This document shows, piece after piece, positions 17,725 to 27,767 of a stretch of DNA of 64,000 bases. The DNA is taken from positions 96,001-160,000 of the forward strand of contig CAZWVL010000001.1 of NCBI GenBank assembly GCA_964637115.1, given 5' to 3'. The notes below the pieces were generated by a model. That model was not told the origin of the DNA and did no database searches. It saw only the letters and a list, made by a program, of their open reading frames with translations. The position numbers and the translations under genes were made by a program. Each line of letters begins with the position of its first letter. The first letter of the stretch is position 1. The stretch comes from an uncultured Methanosarcinales archaeon. GTDB taxonomy: Archaea; Nanobdellota; Nanobdellia; Woesearchaeales; ARS49.

Positions 17725-18546
17725 ATGAGTGAAACACTATTCGATTTATTGGTTGTAGAGACAGAAATTTCAGGTCCAACAAACTCGGTTCTAGAGAAAG
17801 CTCTGGCCAACATTGAAAAACAAAGAGAAACACAAATCTTCGACAAATTCGGGCGCGACATCAAATCAGCTTCAATTGATTACACGGTCATAATACAGCC
17901 AAAAGCAGAAGGCAAGAAACCAGAAGCAATCACTTCTACAAGCACAAAATCATACGAAGATGCAGTTGCAAAAGCAAGCAAGGATGGCAAGGTAGAATAC
18001 GAAGAAACAGTAACACTAAAACTGGTCGAAAAGTTCAAAGTTCCATACATTCTTGAAAAAGCAAGGGCATCAGCGCCAAGCAAAAGAAGACTGCTTTCGG
18101 CACTCGAACGCGAAGAAAGAACACTGCGCGAACGCTACGGAAACGACATGACAAAAGAGCCAAACGATGTTCACTATTCTGTAGCATTCCATACAGGTGT
18201 GTGGAATGAAGACAAAGGAAGGCCAAACGGTGCTGTTGCAGGAGTAGGAATCAGCAGAACATCACTGGTTGAAGCGATGGATAAAGCTGCAGAGGACACA
18301 GGCAAAGCAAAGCACAGGGGAGAATTATACGCAGGAACACACACGTTCAAAATTTACATGACTGCCCAGGTTAAGGACTTGGTAGAAGCAGAAGCAAGGG
18401 CAAGAGAAGAAGCAAAAGAAGCTAAAGCTTCAAGCGGAGCGCTTGTCGGTGCTGGAGCATCAAGTCGTTCATCGGGTCGTACTTACGGAGGCGGCGGCAC
18501 AATGTCATATGCTGCAAGCGCTCCTACAAAAACAGACCTATTCTAA
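17725..18546 (+). CDS. Hypothetical protein with an internal two-fold repeat
   Basis: 273-aa ORF; TSTKSYEDAVAKASK versus ISRTSLVEAMDKAAE; low-complexity Gly/Ser tail. Confidence 0.75.
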   Translation: MSETLFDLLVVETEISGPTNSVLEKALANIEKQRETQIFDKFGRDIKSASIDYTVIIQPKAEGKKPEAITSTSTKSYEDAVAKASKDGKVEYEETVTLKLVEKFKVPYILEKARASAPSKRRLLSALEREERTLRERYGNDMTKEPNDVHYSVAFHTGVWNEDKGRPNGAVAGVGISRTSLVEAMDKAAEDTGKAKHRGELYAGTHTFKIYMTAQVKDLVEAEARAREEAKEAKASSGALVGAGASSRSSGRTYGGGGTMSYAASAPTKTDLF

Positions 18547-20231
18547 ATTTTAGATTTTCTTAACTTATCAAGAACTCTATCGCGATAGCCGTCTAAGCGC
18601 AGCTGGTTGTAACAATTAGAGGCCATGCCAAGCAATTCTGTGAAAATTCGCGCATAACTGGCAGACATCCAAGCATCAAACTTCTCTCCAAGTTTTCCAC
18701 GCGCATAAGCTTCAAAAGCCTCCATGGAAGAAGTATGAGGAGCGAGAACTTCTTTAGCAAAACAAACCCTATCTGCTGCTTCATAACAAAAGTTTGCCTT
18801 CTTTTCCAAAAGATACAACGCTTTCTCATCACCGTTGCGCAAAGCCCTGAAACGCTGCATGTGCTCATCATCAATCTGTTCGGGAGCCAGCACTCCTAAA
18901 GTGCCTGAACCAAAGCTCATTCCCCCGATGTGAAAATTACCGCTAATGCGCTGATCTATCATTCTTTGCAATCTTTTCATCCGTTTTTCTACATTTCTTT
19001 GCGCGTCAAGTCTTGAAAGTTCGTCTCCGCCATCCTCATTTCTCAAATCAAACTCCACAGAGTGCTCTGACATGGAAAAAAGAAGATCCTTTCTCGCTTC
19101 TTTGCGAGCATTCTGGTAGAGTGCCTCAGCCATAGAAAACTTTCTGACAGAATCATTATTCTTAACTTTGCTGTGAGAATAAATGACGGCTTCCAAGAAC
19201 TCAGGTCTTAGCTGGCTATAATCTCCTTCCAAGTATGAATTCTGAATCTTGTCCTCTAATTTGCATTGCTCTTCAACGGTCAGGCCAAGAAAATCTTCAC
19301 GAAGGGAGCTTATGGTTGCCATCGGCAAGACCATGACTGGAATATTGTCAAGAAATTCTGCCCAGCCGGACTCCCTGAAGAAATAACCAGTGACCTCTTC
19401 CCGTATAATTTTATTGCCGTCAAAAAATATCTTGTTCTCTAAACCGCGCTTTTGCACCAGAAGGCGGTCAAGCGTTACTCCGCTTACAAGCGCCTGCTCT
19501 TTAGGATAATATCTTACAAACCATTCTGCAGGCAAGGGAGTTCTGGTTTTCCAAAAATCAACAGTAGAATAGCCGGCGCGCTGGCCTTTCACGAGCATCT
19601 TGGCAGCACCTTCGTCTGAACGCAAGTATTTGATGCGCTCAAGATATTCTGCTTCAGTAAAAGTGTCAACATAAGTGAATTCAAACTCATCAACCTGGCC
19701 GTGCTCCTCATTCTTAATGGAGAATGTTTTATCATCGTAATTCCAAGTAACTGCGCCAAGAGGCAGCATTTCCTGGCACAAAACCCATAAATTCTCCTCG
19801 CCAACATCAACTTCAACGATTGCGTGAGCAGAAACAAAAGAACTGCCAGCGCGCCTGCAGCCCTCGATTTCTCTGATTACTGGACGCAAGCCGCATTCCT
19901 TTGCAACCACATAATTAGCGACCATCTGCGTGGAGCATATCGCCTCAGACATTTCATGCGGAAGCTGAAAATAAGTACCTTTGCGCAAGGCATCCCCAAA
20001 GCCATACTTGTGGCCGAGGTGTTTTTTAATAACTTGTGCGATAAGCTTCTTGTCATTCAAGATATCTGGACGTTTAGGATGAGAAGGATTGTCAAGAATT
20101 TTTTCAAGATCACGAATCTGGCTTTTAGCGCCTTTTTCTTCCAGCTGTTTAATCTTCATCACGTAAGCAGCGTCGATAATCAACGCACGCTTTTTCACAG
20201 CCCACTCTAAAGTTTCAGGAGGAAAACTCAT
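18543..20231 (-). CDS. Hypothetical protein, possible transglutaminase-like domain
   Basis: ICSTQMVANYVVAKECGLRP...AHAIVEV...W resembles the papain/TGase Cys-His core. Confidence 0.6.
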   Translation of the reverse strand: MSFPPETLEWAVKKRALIIDAAYVMKIKQLEEKGAKSQIRDLEKILDNPSHPKRPDILNDKKLIAQVIKKHLGHKYGFGDALRKGTYFQLPHEMSEAICSTQMVANYVVAKECGLRPVIREIEGCRRAGSSFVSAHAIVEVDVGEENLWVLCQEMLPLGAVTWNYDDKTFSIKNEEHGQVDEFEFTYVDTFTEAEYLERIKYLRSDEGAAKMLVKGQRAGYSTVDFWKTRTPLPAEWFVRYYPKEQALVSGVTLDRLLVQKRGLENKIFFDGNKIIREEVTGYFFRESGWAEFLDNIPVMVLPMATISSLREDFLGLTVEEQCKLEDKIQNSYLEGDYSQLRPEFLEAVIYSHSKVKNNDSVRKFSMAEALYQNARKEARKDLLFSMSEHSVEFDLRNEDGGDELSRLDAQRNVEKRMKRLQRMIDQRISGNFHIGGMSFGSGTLGVLAPEQIDDEHMQRFRALRNGDEKALYLLEKKANFCYEAADRVCFAKEVLAPHTSSMEAFEAYARGKLGEKFDAWMSASYARIFTELLGMASNCYNQLRLDGYRDRVLDKLRKSKI

Positions 20232-20236
20232 TTTGG

Positions 20237-21757
20237 CTAAAATACTTTGCCCATATCAGTGCCTGCCACTTTCTTTTGCGTTTCAGCGCTTGGAGGCCTT
20301 TCAATTTTCTGATATGTAGGTATAGGAGTTACAGTGACAAGCTGCATGCCAAAGCGCTCTTTCTCAGTATTAAGTGCATAGACAAGAGCGCGCTCGTGAA
20401 TGTGCACTCCGCTTTCAGTCCTTATCTGATTCCTCAAATCATTAACGCTAAATGAACCATAACCGAATGTCGGCAAGGCTTTCTGGATTGCCACTCTATA
20501 CTCATCTGTGACAGTTATTTCTGCAAACTCATAAACCCACTTCAAACCGTCTTTTCTCTTTTGCCTGATGCCAAAATCTTCCATGGAAAGAGACATGTTC
20601 CTGCCAACGCTGATAAAATCCAGTGAAATTCCAAGCTCTTTAACACTTTCACCTACGCGTTCAGAAGTGAATTCGTCATAGCCAATGTCCGCTCTAACTA
20701 TTTCCAAAGCCCTTTTAATGTAAAACTTATTAACAGAGGCTCGTTCGATTGGACGCAGGCACGAAATAATTTTCTTGATGAACTCGTCTTCTGGGATCGG
20801 CCGTTGGCCTGTTTTGGAAAACTTGTGTCGTTCTTCTTTGCTGATGCCGAACAAAGCAGGCTCAGAACGAAGGTAACTTCCAATCAAGCCGGCGGTTAAA
20901 ATACAGCCTGCTGGCAAGTCTTTCTTGACACGTCCTGAAAGAAACCGCTGGCCGGTAGCGTAACTGTCAATAACTCTCTTCATTTCCAAAAGTGCGAGCA
21001 ATTCAGGCGGTCTTTCTGTAGGGCCACTGCCAAGAATACCGCTTCTGGCGGGAATTATTTCGGACGTTGGACTGGACTGTGCATACCTTGGAAGCGAGAC
21101 TGCCACTGGATGGACCCTGAAAAGTTCAATTGGAATGCTAAGGTACTCATTTTTCTGCAATTTGTCAAGAATTTCATCAGCGCACGGGATAACGTAATGA
21201 ATCCTGTCAAGGGCAGATAGTTCTGAAATGAAATTAAGCTCTTTAACAGCGCCTTCGAAAGTAGACAATGAGAGCTTCATCTTTGTTGCGTTCTCACGGT
21301 GATTTTCCAAAGGCAGGATTTTGTCCTGCAGGTCTGCAAGCTCAACCAGTTTATCAGAAGTCGGAGCAGCGCCGGGCTTCCTTAAAGCGGTCCATTCTGC
21401 ATCAACTTTTCTTTTAATTTCCTCAAGTTCACCTATTGTCTTTTCACCGGCACTTAGTTCTGAAGCTATTTTTCTCTGCCTTTGGCCTATGGCACCGATT
21501 ACACGGCCAAGATAAGCGCCCTGAACCTCGTTCCATCTGGTAATGATTGGCATTCTGGCTTCGTGGTCGCAGATTGTTGCAAGGCTAGCAGTCCTGTAGT
21601 ACTTGTCACGAGTCTTTTTGTAAAGAACAGGATCAGTATTTTCCAAATCGCGGTTTGAATTCTGGCGCAACTCTTCCCACGATTCCTCAACCCATTTTGA
21701 GAGCTTGCTCTTTGCTTCTGGACTGAGACCTTGAGCAGTTTGATTATCTTCTGGCAT
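20237..21757 (-). CDS. Hypothetical coiled-coil protein with possible C-terminal winged helices
   Basis: 506-aa ORF, 5 nt from the next gene; no family recognised. Confidence 0.7.
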   Translation of the reverse strand: MPEDNQTAQGLSPEAKSKLSKWVEESWEELRQNSNRDLENTDPVLYKKTRDKYYRTASLATICDHEARMPIITRWNEVQGAYLGRVIGAIGQRQRKIASELSAGEKTIGELEEIKRKVDAEWTALRKPGAAPTSDKLVELADLQDKILPLENHRENATKMKLSLSTFEGAVKELNFISELSALDRIHYVIPCADEILDKLQKNEYLSIPIELFRVHPVAVSLPRYAQSSPTSEIIPARSGILGSGPTERPPELLALLEMKRVIDSYATGQRFLSGRVKKDLPAGCILTAGLIGSYLRSEPALFGISKEERHKFSKTGQRPIPEDEFIKKIISCLRPIERASVNKFYIKRALEIVRADIGYDEFTSERVGESVKELGISLDFISVGRNMSLSMEDFGIRQKRKDGLKWVYEFAEITVTDEYRVAIQKALPTFGYGSFSVNDLRNQIRTESGVHIHERALVYALNTEKERFGMQLVTVTPIPTYQKIERPPSAETQKKVAGTDMGKVF

Positions 21758-21845
21758 AATTCCCCCAATATTTCATCACTCAACAATAGTCATTTAAGTG
21801 TCATTTATAAGCTTTTCTGTCTAAATGTATGCCGTAATAGACGAG

Positions 21846-22967
21846 CTAATCCTTATGTTCACGATGCTGTACGCCAAGCGCATCTATGTAGAATTCTCTT
21901 CGCTGATTTTCCATTGATGAATAATCAGCAGGTTTTTTCTTTTCCCAGGTCTGCAAGTCGTTAAGAACTATGTTACAAACGTGCTTGAGAGAATCAAGAG
22001 ACTCCTTGCCCTGGTAGACAAATGTGCCCTTTCCACGCATTACAAGGACTGCGAAAGATTGATCGTGCCAGCGGTAGAATAATGCTGCCTTGTTATTTTC
22101 AAGGCTTTTTCTGTCAACGTGAATGTGCTGGAGAAGCTGCGCCAGAACTCTGAGCGATTCCTTTCTTTCAAGAGCTATTTTTAATCCTTTTTTGATTTCC
22201 CGTTCTCCCTTGTAGCCGAGCTCTTTGAGCATGGAGATTGCTTTTCCATAATTTTTTTCTTCCAAGTGTTGTGTTGCAGTGTCAAGGTCCTGATCGAATG
22301 CACTTTCTAAGTTGTCGAGCTGCACTTCATATGGCGCTTTGAGCTCTCGACGCTTTAGTGCAAGCACATCTGCATAGTTGGCCGCATCTCCTAATTTATC
22401 CTTCACAGCATCCAATGCCTGCTGTTCAGTCTCCCTTATTTTGTGCCGAATATCATCTGTTCTGCGCCTGACGTAAGCATCCCTTATTCCGTTCTCTTCA
22501 ATGAAATCACGTAAATTTTGTACAGCATCAATAATGCCGTCTTTCGTAAGACGCGGCTCGCGGATTCCTGCCACTTTATCATAAACTACAGGATCATCAA
22601 AGCCCCTGTCGCTCAAATCATCTGCAACGCGCGTTAATCCATGCTCATAAGCAAGCTCTTCAAATCCTATTCCGAACAAATCACGCTGCAATTGTTCGCT
22701 CAGCTTGCTTGGATCTTTTGGAGGATCTATTCTTGTCATTACGGCAGTTTCCAGGACGCCTATATCCTTTCCCCTGAAGTCAAGAAGCCGGTCGTATTTT
22801 CCCGGCTCGCCCTTGAGAACGTCAAGAATTTCCCTGAATGTTTGAACAGAGTCATAGCCGCATTGGAATAATAATTCGGCGTAATGCCCTCTGCGCGAAA
22901 GCCTGTGCACCTCTCTTTTGCGCGGGCTTCTCAACAAATCTAACAATACCTCTAGCGGCTCCCACAT
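21846..22967 (-). CDS. Hypothetical coiled-coil protein
   Basis: 373-aa ORF with a heptad-rich middle. Confidence 0.7.
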   Translation of the reverse strand: MWEPLEVLLDLLRSPRKREVHRLSRRGHYAELLFQCGYDSVQTFREILDVLKGEPGKYDRLLDFRGKDIGVLETAVMTRIDPPKDPSKLSEQLQRDLFGIGFEELAYEHGLTRVADDLSDRGFDDPVVYDKVAGIREPRLTKDGIIDAVQNLRDFIEENGIRDAYVRRRTDDIRHKIRETEQQALDAVKDKLGDAANYADVLALKRRELKAPYEVQLDNLESAFDQDLDTATQHLEEKNYGKAISMLKELGYKGEREIKKGLKIALERKESLRVLAQLLQHIHVDRKSLENNKAALFYRWHDQSFAVLVMRGKGTFVYQGKESLDSLKHVCNIVLNDLQTWEKKKPADYSSMENQRREFYIDALGVQHREHKD

Positions 22968-23052
22968 GTCATATCAAATAGTTTTGCAGCTTAAAAAGTT
23001 TGCGCCTATTTTTTACTGGATTTTGGTGAAACTAATCCAATTTGTCATAATA

Positions 23053-23060
23053 TTTATAAA
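23053..23060 (+). promoter_or_regulatory. TATA box of the 23086 gene
   Basis: TTTATAAA 25 nt before the start codon. Confidence 0.55.
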
Positions 23061-23085
23061 TACAGAGTAGGGGCTGTGATGGTGG

Positions 23086-24471
23086 GTGCGGGAAGTGAAC
23101 TGTAGACAAGTATACGGGATTCTTGAAACACTGAAACAGGGAAAAAACCCTGCTTTTGATGAAAAGGCAATAGATTACCTGCAAAACCGCCCGTTAATTT
23201 TGCTGATGTCAGAAGAGGACTATTCTGCAGCAAAGCAGAAAGAAGCGGAATTAGAACGATTGAGAGAACAACTAGACAGCCAGGGAAAGGCAGTCCTTTT
23301 TACTAGCGGAAAACTTGGAGAGCACAGAAAAGTAAAACCAAACGGCATTTTTTCAAGCAAAGCAAAGGAATCATACGACAAGATTGAGTTCGCACTTGAA
23401 AAACGGCTTAAAGATGAAAGGGACAAGTTTGAGCTGGCGCAAATAGAGCACAACCGCGTAAAAGAAGTATGCGATGAAATTATTGGGTATGCCGGAACTG
23501 CTCATGGCTATGTTAAGGTAACCTCTCTGGGTGAAAGAAGAATAGTGGAACTAAAAGCAAGACTGTACAGGCTTGCAGACCAGGAATTTGAACTGCTGGA
23601 AAAAGAAATGAAAGAGACAAACACCCGTCTTGAACAAAGGTTTAATCGATGGCAGACACTTTATGCTATGGTGCGCGCAAACAAAAGCTGTCTTGATGGT
23701 GAAAATCTGCGCGCAGCATTTGCAACTTTATCGCAGCGGGAAGCAGACGGTGAACAAAATCTTGTAAGATTCAAATCAATGCAGCGAGAATTTGACCGGC
23801 AGGGCTTTTATAGCGAAAATGGAGGACTTGGTTACAAAACATATGCGCTTATGGCGCTGGAAGAAGGCAGTCCGGAAGAAATAGTGTCAAGAGTAGACAT
23901 GGCACACAAGATAGCCCTCAAAAATTTCAATCCAGGTCCTGGAACCACAGATCTTGCAGCAATGATTGCCAGAAATACCACAGTGCAGACACTGCCGACA
24001 AAACTTGACAGGTTTTCAGAATTATATTACCGGCTTCCAAACATTGAAAATATTCACTCACGCGGAACTGCGGCTGCAATAATGGCAGAATCAGAAGAGA
24101 CAGAAGCAAGATTGGTCGAGAAATTCGATTCAGTACATCAAAGATTGTGCATCATCGCACAATCGTCAACGTTGCTGCCTTCATTAGTTGAGGCAGCTGC
24201 TCGCTTTTCAAGGTTTGGAGAAGAAGAATTCAAGAAACTGGTGCCAGCATACATCCACACAAAGGACAGAGTGGCTGGGCTATACGGCTACAGCATAGCT
24301 GTAGAACTTGCGCTCAAGCCAGGAAACATTAACGAAATATGCGATATTTTCGACCTGACTGTTGAAAAGGCATGGCAATGCGCAGAAATACCTGCTGTTG
24401 AAAAATACTCCATTTCTGCGCAATTGATGAGCAGCGCGTGGAAACTCGCAGAACTGCAAATGGCAAAATAA
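23086..24471 (+). CDS. Hypothetical protein: coiled coil plus C-terminal helical repeats
   Basis: 461-aa ORF; repeated helical units (LDRFSELYYRL, VEKFDSVHQRL). Confidence 0.7.
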   Translation: MREVNCRQVYGILETLKQGKNPAFDEKAIDYLQNRPLILLMSEEDYSAAKQKEAELERLREQLDSQGKAVLFTSGKLGEHRKVKPNGIFSSKAKESYDKIEFALEKRLKDERDKFELAQIEHNRVKEVCDEIIGYAGTAHGYVKVTSLGERRIVELKARLYRLADQEFELLEKEMKETNTRLEQRFNRWQTLYAMVRANKSCLDGENLRAAFATLSQREADGEQNLVRFKSMQREFDRQGFYSENGGLGYKTYALMALEEGSPEEIVSRVDMAHKIALKNFNPGPGTTDLAAMIARNTTVQTLPTKLDRFSELYYRLPNIENIHSRGTAAAIMAESEETEARLVEKFDSVHQRLCIIAQSSTLLPSLVEAAARFSRFGEEEFKKLVPAYIHTKDRVAGLYGYSIAVELALKPGNINEICDIFDLTVEKAWQCAEIPAVEKYSISAQLMSSAWKLAELQMAK

Positions 24472-24557
24472 TGCTTCTTTCGTAACTACTCCAGAATAGA
24501 AATTCATATAAAAGGGATTTTGAAAGAGTTTGTTAGGTATTAAACGGGGTGGAAACT

Positions 24558-25091
24558 ATGGAAATATCTGATGCAGTACAAGAAGCCATAGAGGCAAATA
24601 AAGGTTTTGTAGTCATTCTTGCTGGCTCGAACAGCGACCAAGGCCATATAGACAAAGTTGCTGCTGCACTAACGAAATATCAACTTCCTCATCAAGTCAG
24701 AATATGCTCGGCCCACAAGCAACCTGAAGCTCTGCAGGGGCTGATAGAAGATTATGACTTTATTGAAGGTGCGCTTGCATATGTCGCGATTGCTGGAGGC
24801 ACTGATGCATTATCTGGCGGAAGTTCATTCAACTCAATACGCCCTGTCATCAGCAACCCGCCAGACGCTCCAAACGACAGCTGTCTCACAAACCCGCCCG
24901 GAAGTTCGAACAGTTATGTCACACGAGCGGATAACGCGGCACGATTCATTGCACAAATGTTCTCACACCTTCCAGGTACCCCTTATGCAGATATTCTTCG
25001 TGAAGAAATCAAAGACAAAATCAAAAAGCTGGAAGACGCAGACAGAAAATTCAGCGTTTTTCCATACGTACCACCAGAGGTGAAAAAATGA
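24558..25091 (+). CDS. purE: AIR carboxylase, class II PurE (PAICS-like)
   Basis: LAGSNSD, RICSAHK, AIAGG, PVISNPP, NAARFIAQMF, resembling the class II PurE of PAICS. Confidence 0.85.
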   Translation: MEISDAVQEAIEANKGFVVILAGSNSDQGHIDKVAAALTKYQLPHQVRICSAHKQPEALQGLIEDYDFIEGALAYVAIAGGTDALSGGSSFNSIRPVISNPPDAPNDSCLTNPPGSSNSYVTRADNAARFIAQMFSHLPGTPYADILREEIKDKIKKLEDADRKFSVFPYVPPEVKK

Positions 25092-26215
25092 ACTACCTGC
25101 GAGTTGTTGAAAACGAAACAAGTGTAAAATCGCTCGGAGTTATTAAAGAGCCAACTGATACAGAAACCGGCGTCTTTGATTTCATATACCGCGACGATTT
25201 CTACAGCATACAAGATTGGGGAAAAATGCCCATACCAGAAGGCGCTACATTAGACAATCGGCCTGTGGCGGTTGTGGCTGCCTTCAATTTTGAAATGATT
25301 CGAGACCTTGGATTTCCAGTTGCATATCTCGGAACTGTTGGAAACGATGGGGAAGCACGCAGTTTTAACGAATTTAAGGCAATGGGAGAAATTCCAAACA
25401 AGCTCCGCCTCAAAATGGTTCACAGAATAAAGCCAGACTACAAGGAAGGAGTCTATGATTATGGCAAATTCAAAAATCCCGGAGTCCAGCACTACGTCAT
25501 TCCATTAGAATTCATCTGGAGAGCAGAAGCAGGACCTGACAGCAGTTTTTGGACACACATAAAGGACAACGATTACAAATTATCAGACTTCGGGCTTCCT
25601 GAGGATTTGAAACCCGGAGATAGGCTCCCCTTTCCAGTCCTAGACCATTCGAGCAAGTATGAAGACCACGACAGATATTTCTCAGGAGCTGTGGCAAAAG
25701 AATTGGCCGGGTTAAGCGCTGGCCAATGGGGATACCTGAACGACATGCGCTTGATAATCAATCACAGGCTAAGCCATCACGCATCACAAATAGGCATCAA
25801 AAGGCCAGACGGAAAACAAGAATTCCTGAGCAATCTGGAACTCGGAGACGTTGCAGGCACTTGGCACGAAGACAGATTTGAATACCAAACAAAAAGCGGA
25901 ATAATGGTAAAGGTCAGCAAACAAACTCCAAGAGATTACAACGCACTGCGCAACCCAGAATGGGCAAAACAATGCAAAGAACTGAAAAAACAAGCGGAAA
26001 GAGAAGGATTCACAGACTGGAGGCAAAGAGTAACTGTAAAACCGGAACCACTTGAGCCAGAATTCTTCAAACAATACAACAACTTGATGTATGCTGCAAC
26101 AAACGCGTGGGTTGGCTGGAGCATTTTCCCAGGCGCGTCAAACTTGGAAGAAGCCTGTGTTGAAGCTGACAAGTACCTGAAAGATTATAAGATGAGGCTG
26201 CAGAAACCTGCATAA
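25088..26215 (+). CDS. purC: SAICAR synthetase, archaeal/halophile-like long form
   Basis: TSVK, DDFYSIQDWGKMP, IPLEFIWR, SSKYEDHDRY, DGKQEF, HEDRF. Confidence 0.85.
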   Translation: MNYLRVVENETSVKSLGVIKEPTDTETGVFDFIYRDDFYSIQDWGKMPIPEGATLDNRPVAVVAAFNFEMIRDLGFPVAYLGTVGNDGEARSFNEFKAMGEIPNKLRLKMVHRIKPDYKEGVYDYGKFKNPGVQHYVIPLEFIWRAEAGPDSSFWTHIKDNDYKLSDFGLPEDLKPGDRLPFPVLDHSSKYEDHDRYFSGAVAKELAGLSAGQWGYLNDMRLIINHRLSHHASQIGIKRPDGKQEFLSNLELGDVAGTWHEDRFEYQTKSGIMVKVSKQTPRDYNALRNPEWAKQCKELKKQAEREGFTDWRQRVTVKPEPLEPEFFKQYNNLMYAATNAWVGWSIFPGASNLEEACVEADKYLKDYKMRLQKPA

Positions 26216-26302
26216 ATGGCAAAACAAATAATTCTGGAACCAGACAGAACATTTCAAACGGAAAAAAGCGAGACAAATTGATAACATATTACGGGTGAGA
26301 AT

Positions 26303-27766
26303 ATGAGCGATCCATACGAAGAAAGATACACGAGCAAGGAAATGCAAGAGTTGCATTCTGACAAAGTGAAGTATGGCACGTGGAGGCGGCTCTGGGTATC
26401 TGTTGCTAAAGTACAAAAAGAAATGGGGCTCGCAGACAAAGCAACTGGAAAACCAATAATTACTGATGAGATGATTTCTGAACTTGAAGCAAATGTCAGT
26501 AATCTCAATGTTGAACGTGCCAAAGAGATAGAGAAGAAAACAAAACACGACGTTATGGCTCATATCAAGGCGTTCAAAGAGCAATGTCCTACAGCAGGCG
26601 GCATACTTCATCTTGCCTTAACGAGCAGGGCAATAACGGACAACCAAGAACTGTATATGATTCGTGAGTCTATGAATCTTGTGCGCAAAAAACTTGTCAA
26701 CGCAATTGACTATATGGCGAAAAGTGCAACGGAGTATTCCGGCATAATGACGCTTGCCTTTACACACTTTCAGCCAGCCCAAGCAACAGTTGTGGGAAGA
26801 AGATTAGCAATGCATGGAGAAGAACTGCTGCTGGCCCTTGATGATCTTGAATACAGAATTGACAATCTTCCGCTCAGAGGCGTTGCAGGAACCGTCGGAA
26901 CTCATACTGATATGCTCTCATTATTTGACGGTGATTATGAAAAAGTCAAGAAACTAGAGGAAAAATTCGCGAAAGACCTCGGTTTCAACAAAGTTTTGCA
27001 GTGCACAGGGCAAACTTATCACCGAATGATAGACTACCAAGTCGGAAGCACTCTATTCAACATAGGCATAGCCGCGCGCAGGTTTGCAACAACCATACGG
27101 CTGTTGCAAGGACTCGAGGAGATGGAAGAACCATTCGCAGAGACGCAGGTTGGCTCAACAGCAATGCCGTGGAAACGAAATCCGAAAAATGCAGAACGGA
27201 TGTCAGGACTTGTATATTGTCTTGACAGCGCCGTGAATGCATTAGGACAAGTGGCCGCAAACCAATGGCTAGAAGGCAGTGTAGAAGACTCCTCTCCGCG
27301 ACGAATCAAGATTCGAGAAGAATTCTATGCCGTAGATGGGATACTTGATCTTTACATCGATATTGCCAGAGGCGTGAAAGTATATAATGAAATGATTTCT
27401 GCGCATGTAAGAGATAAGCTTCCACTGATAGCAACGAATACTTTCATGATGGAAGCCGTAAAAAAAGGAGGCGACAGTCAACAGTTACACGGAGTCGACC
27501 GTCAACAGTTACACGAGTTTTTCAGAGAACACGCGCACGCATCCACCACACAGTATCGTGCAGGAGGAAAAAATGACTTCCTTGAACGCATTGCAAACGA
27601 CCAGCGAATCAACCTCACTAAAGATGAAATTGAGTCAATGCTCAAGAATCCGGCATTGTTTGTTGGAGATGCAATCGAACAGACAAACGATTTCGTTAAT
27701 GCTGCTGCCAAACGAACTCAGCCGTACAAATCAATGCTTGGTTACGTGCCAAACGTAGAGGTGTAA
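26303..27766 (+). CDS. purB: Adenylosuccinate lyase
   Basis: KHDVMAH, LHLALTS, FTHFQPAQ, fumarase-family signature GSTAMPWKRNP. Confidence 0.95.
   Translation: MSDPYEERYTSKEMQELHSDKVKYGTWRRLWVSVAKVQKEMGLADKATGKPIITDEMISELEANVSNLNVERAKEIEKKTKHDVMAHIKAFKEQCPTAGGILHLALTSRAITDNQELYMIRESMNLVRKKLVNAIDYMAKSATEYSGIMTLAFTHFQPAQATVVGRRLAMHGEELLLALDDLEYRIDNLPLRGVAGTVGTHTDMLSLFDGDYEKVKKLEEKFAKDLGFNKVLQCTGQTYHRMIDYQVGSTLFNIGIAARRFATTIRLLQGLEEMEEPFAETQVGSTAMPWKRNPKNAERMSGLVYCLDSAVNALGQVAANQWLEGSVEDSSPRRIKIREEFYAVDGILDLYIDIARGVKVYNEMISAHVRDKLPLIATNTFMMEAVKKGGDSQQLHGVDRQQLHEFFREHAHASTTQYRAGGKNDFLERIANDQRINLTKDEIESMLKNPALFVGDAIEQTNDFVNAAAKRTQPYKSMLGYVPNVEV
27473..27520 (+). repeat. 24-bp in-frame tandem duplication within purB
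   Basis: GACAGTCAACAGTTACACGGAGTC followed by GACCGTCAACAGTTACACGAGTTT (DSQQLHGV/DRQQLHEF). Confidence 0.85.
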
Positions 27767-27767
27767 C

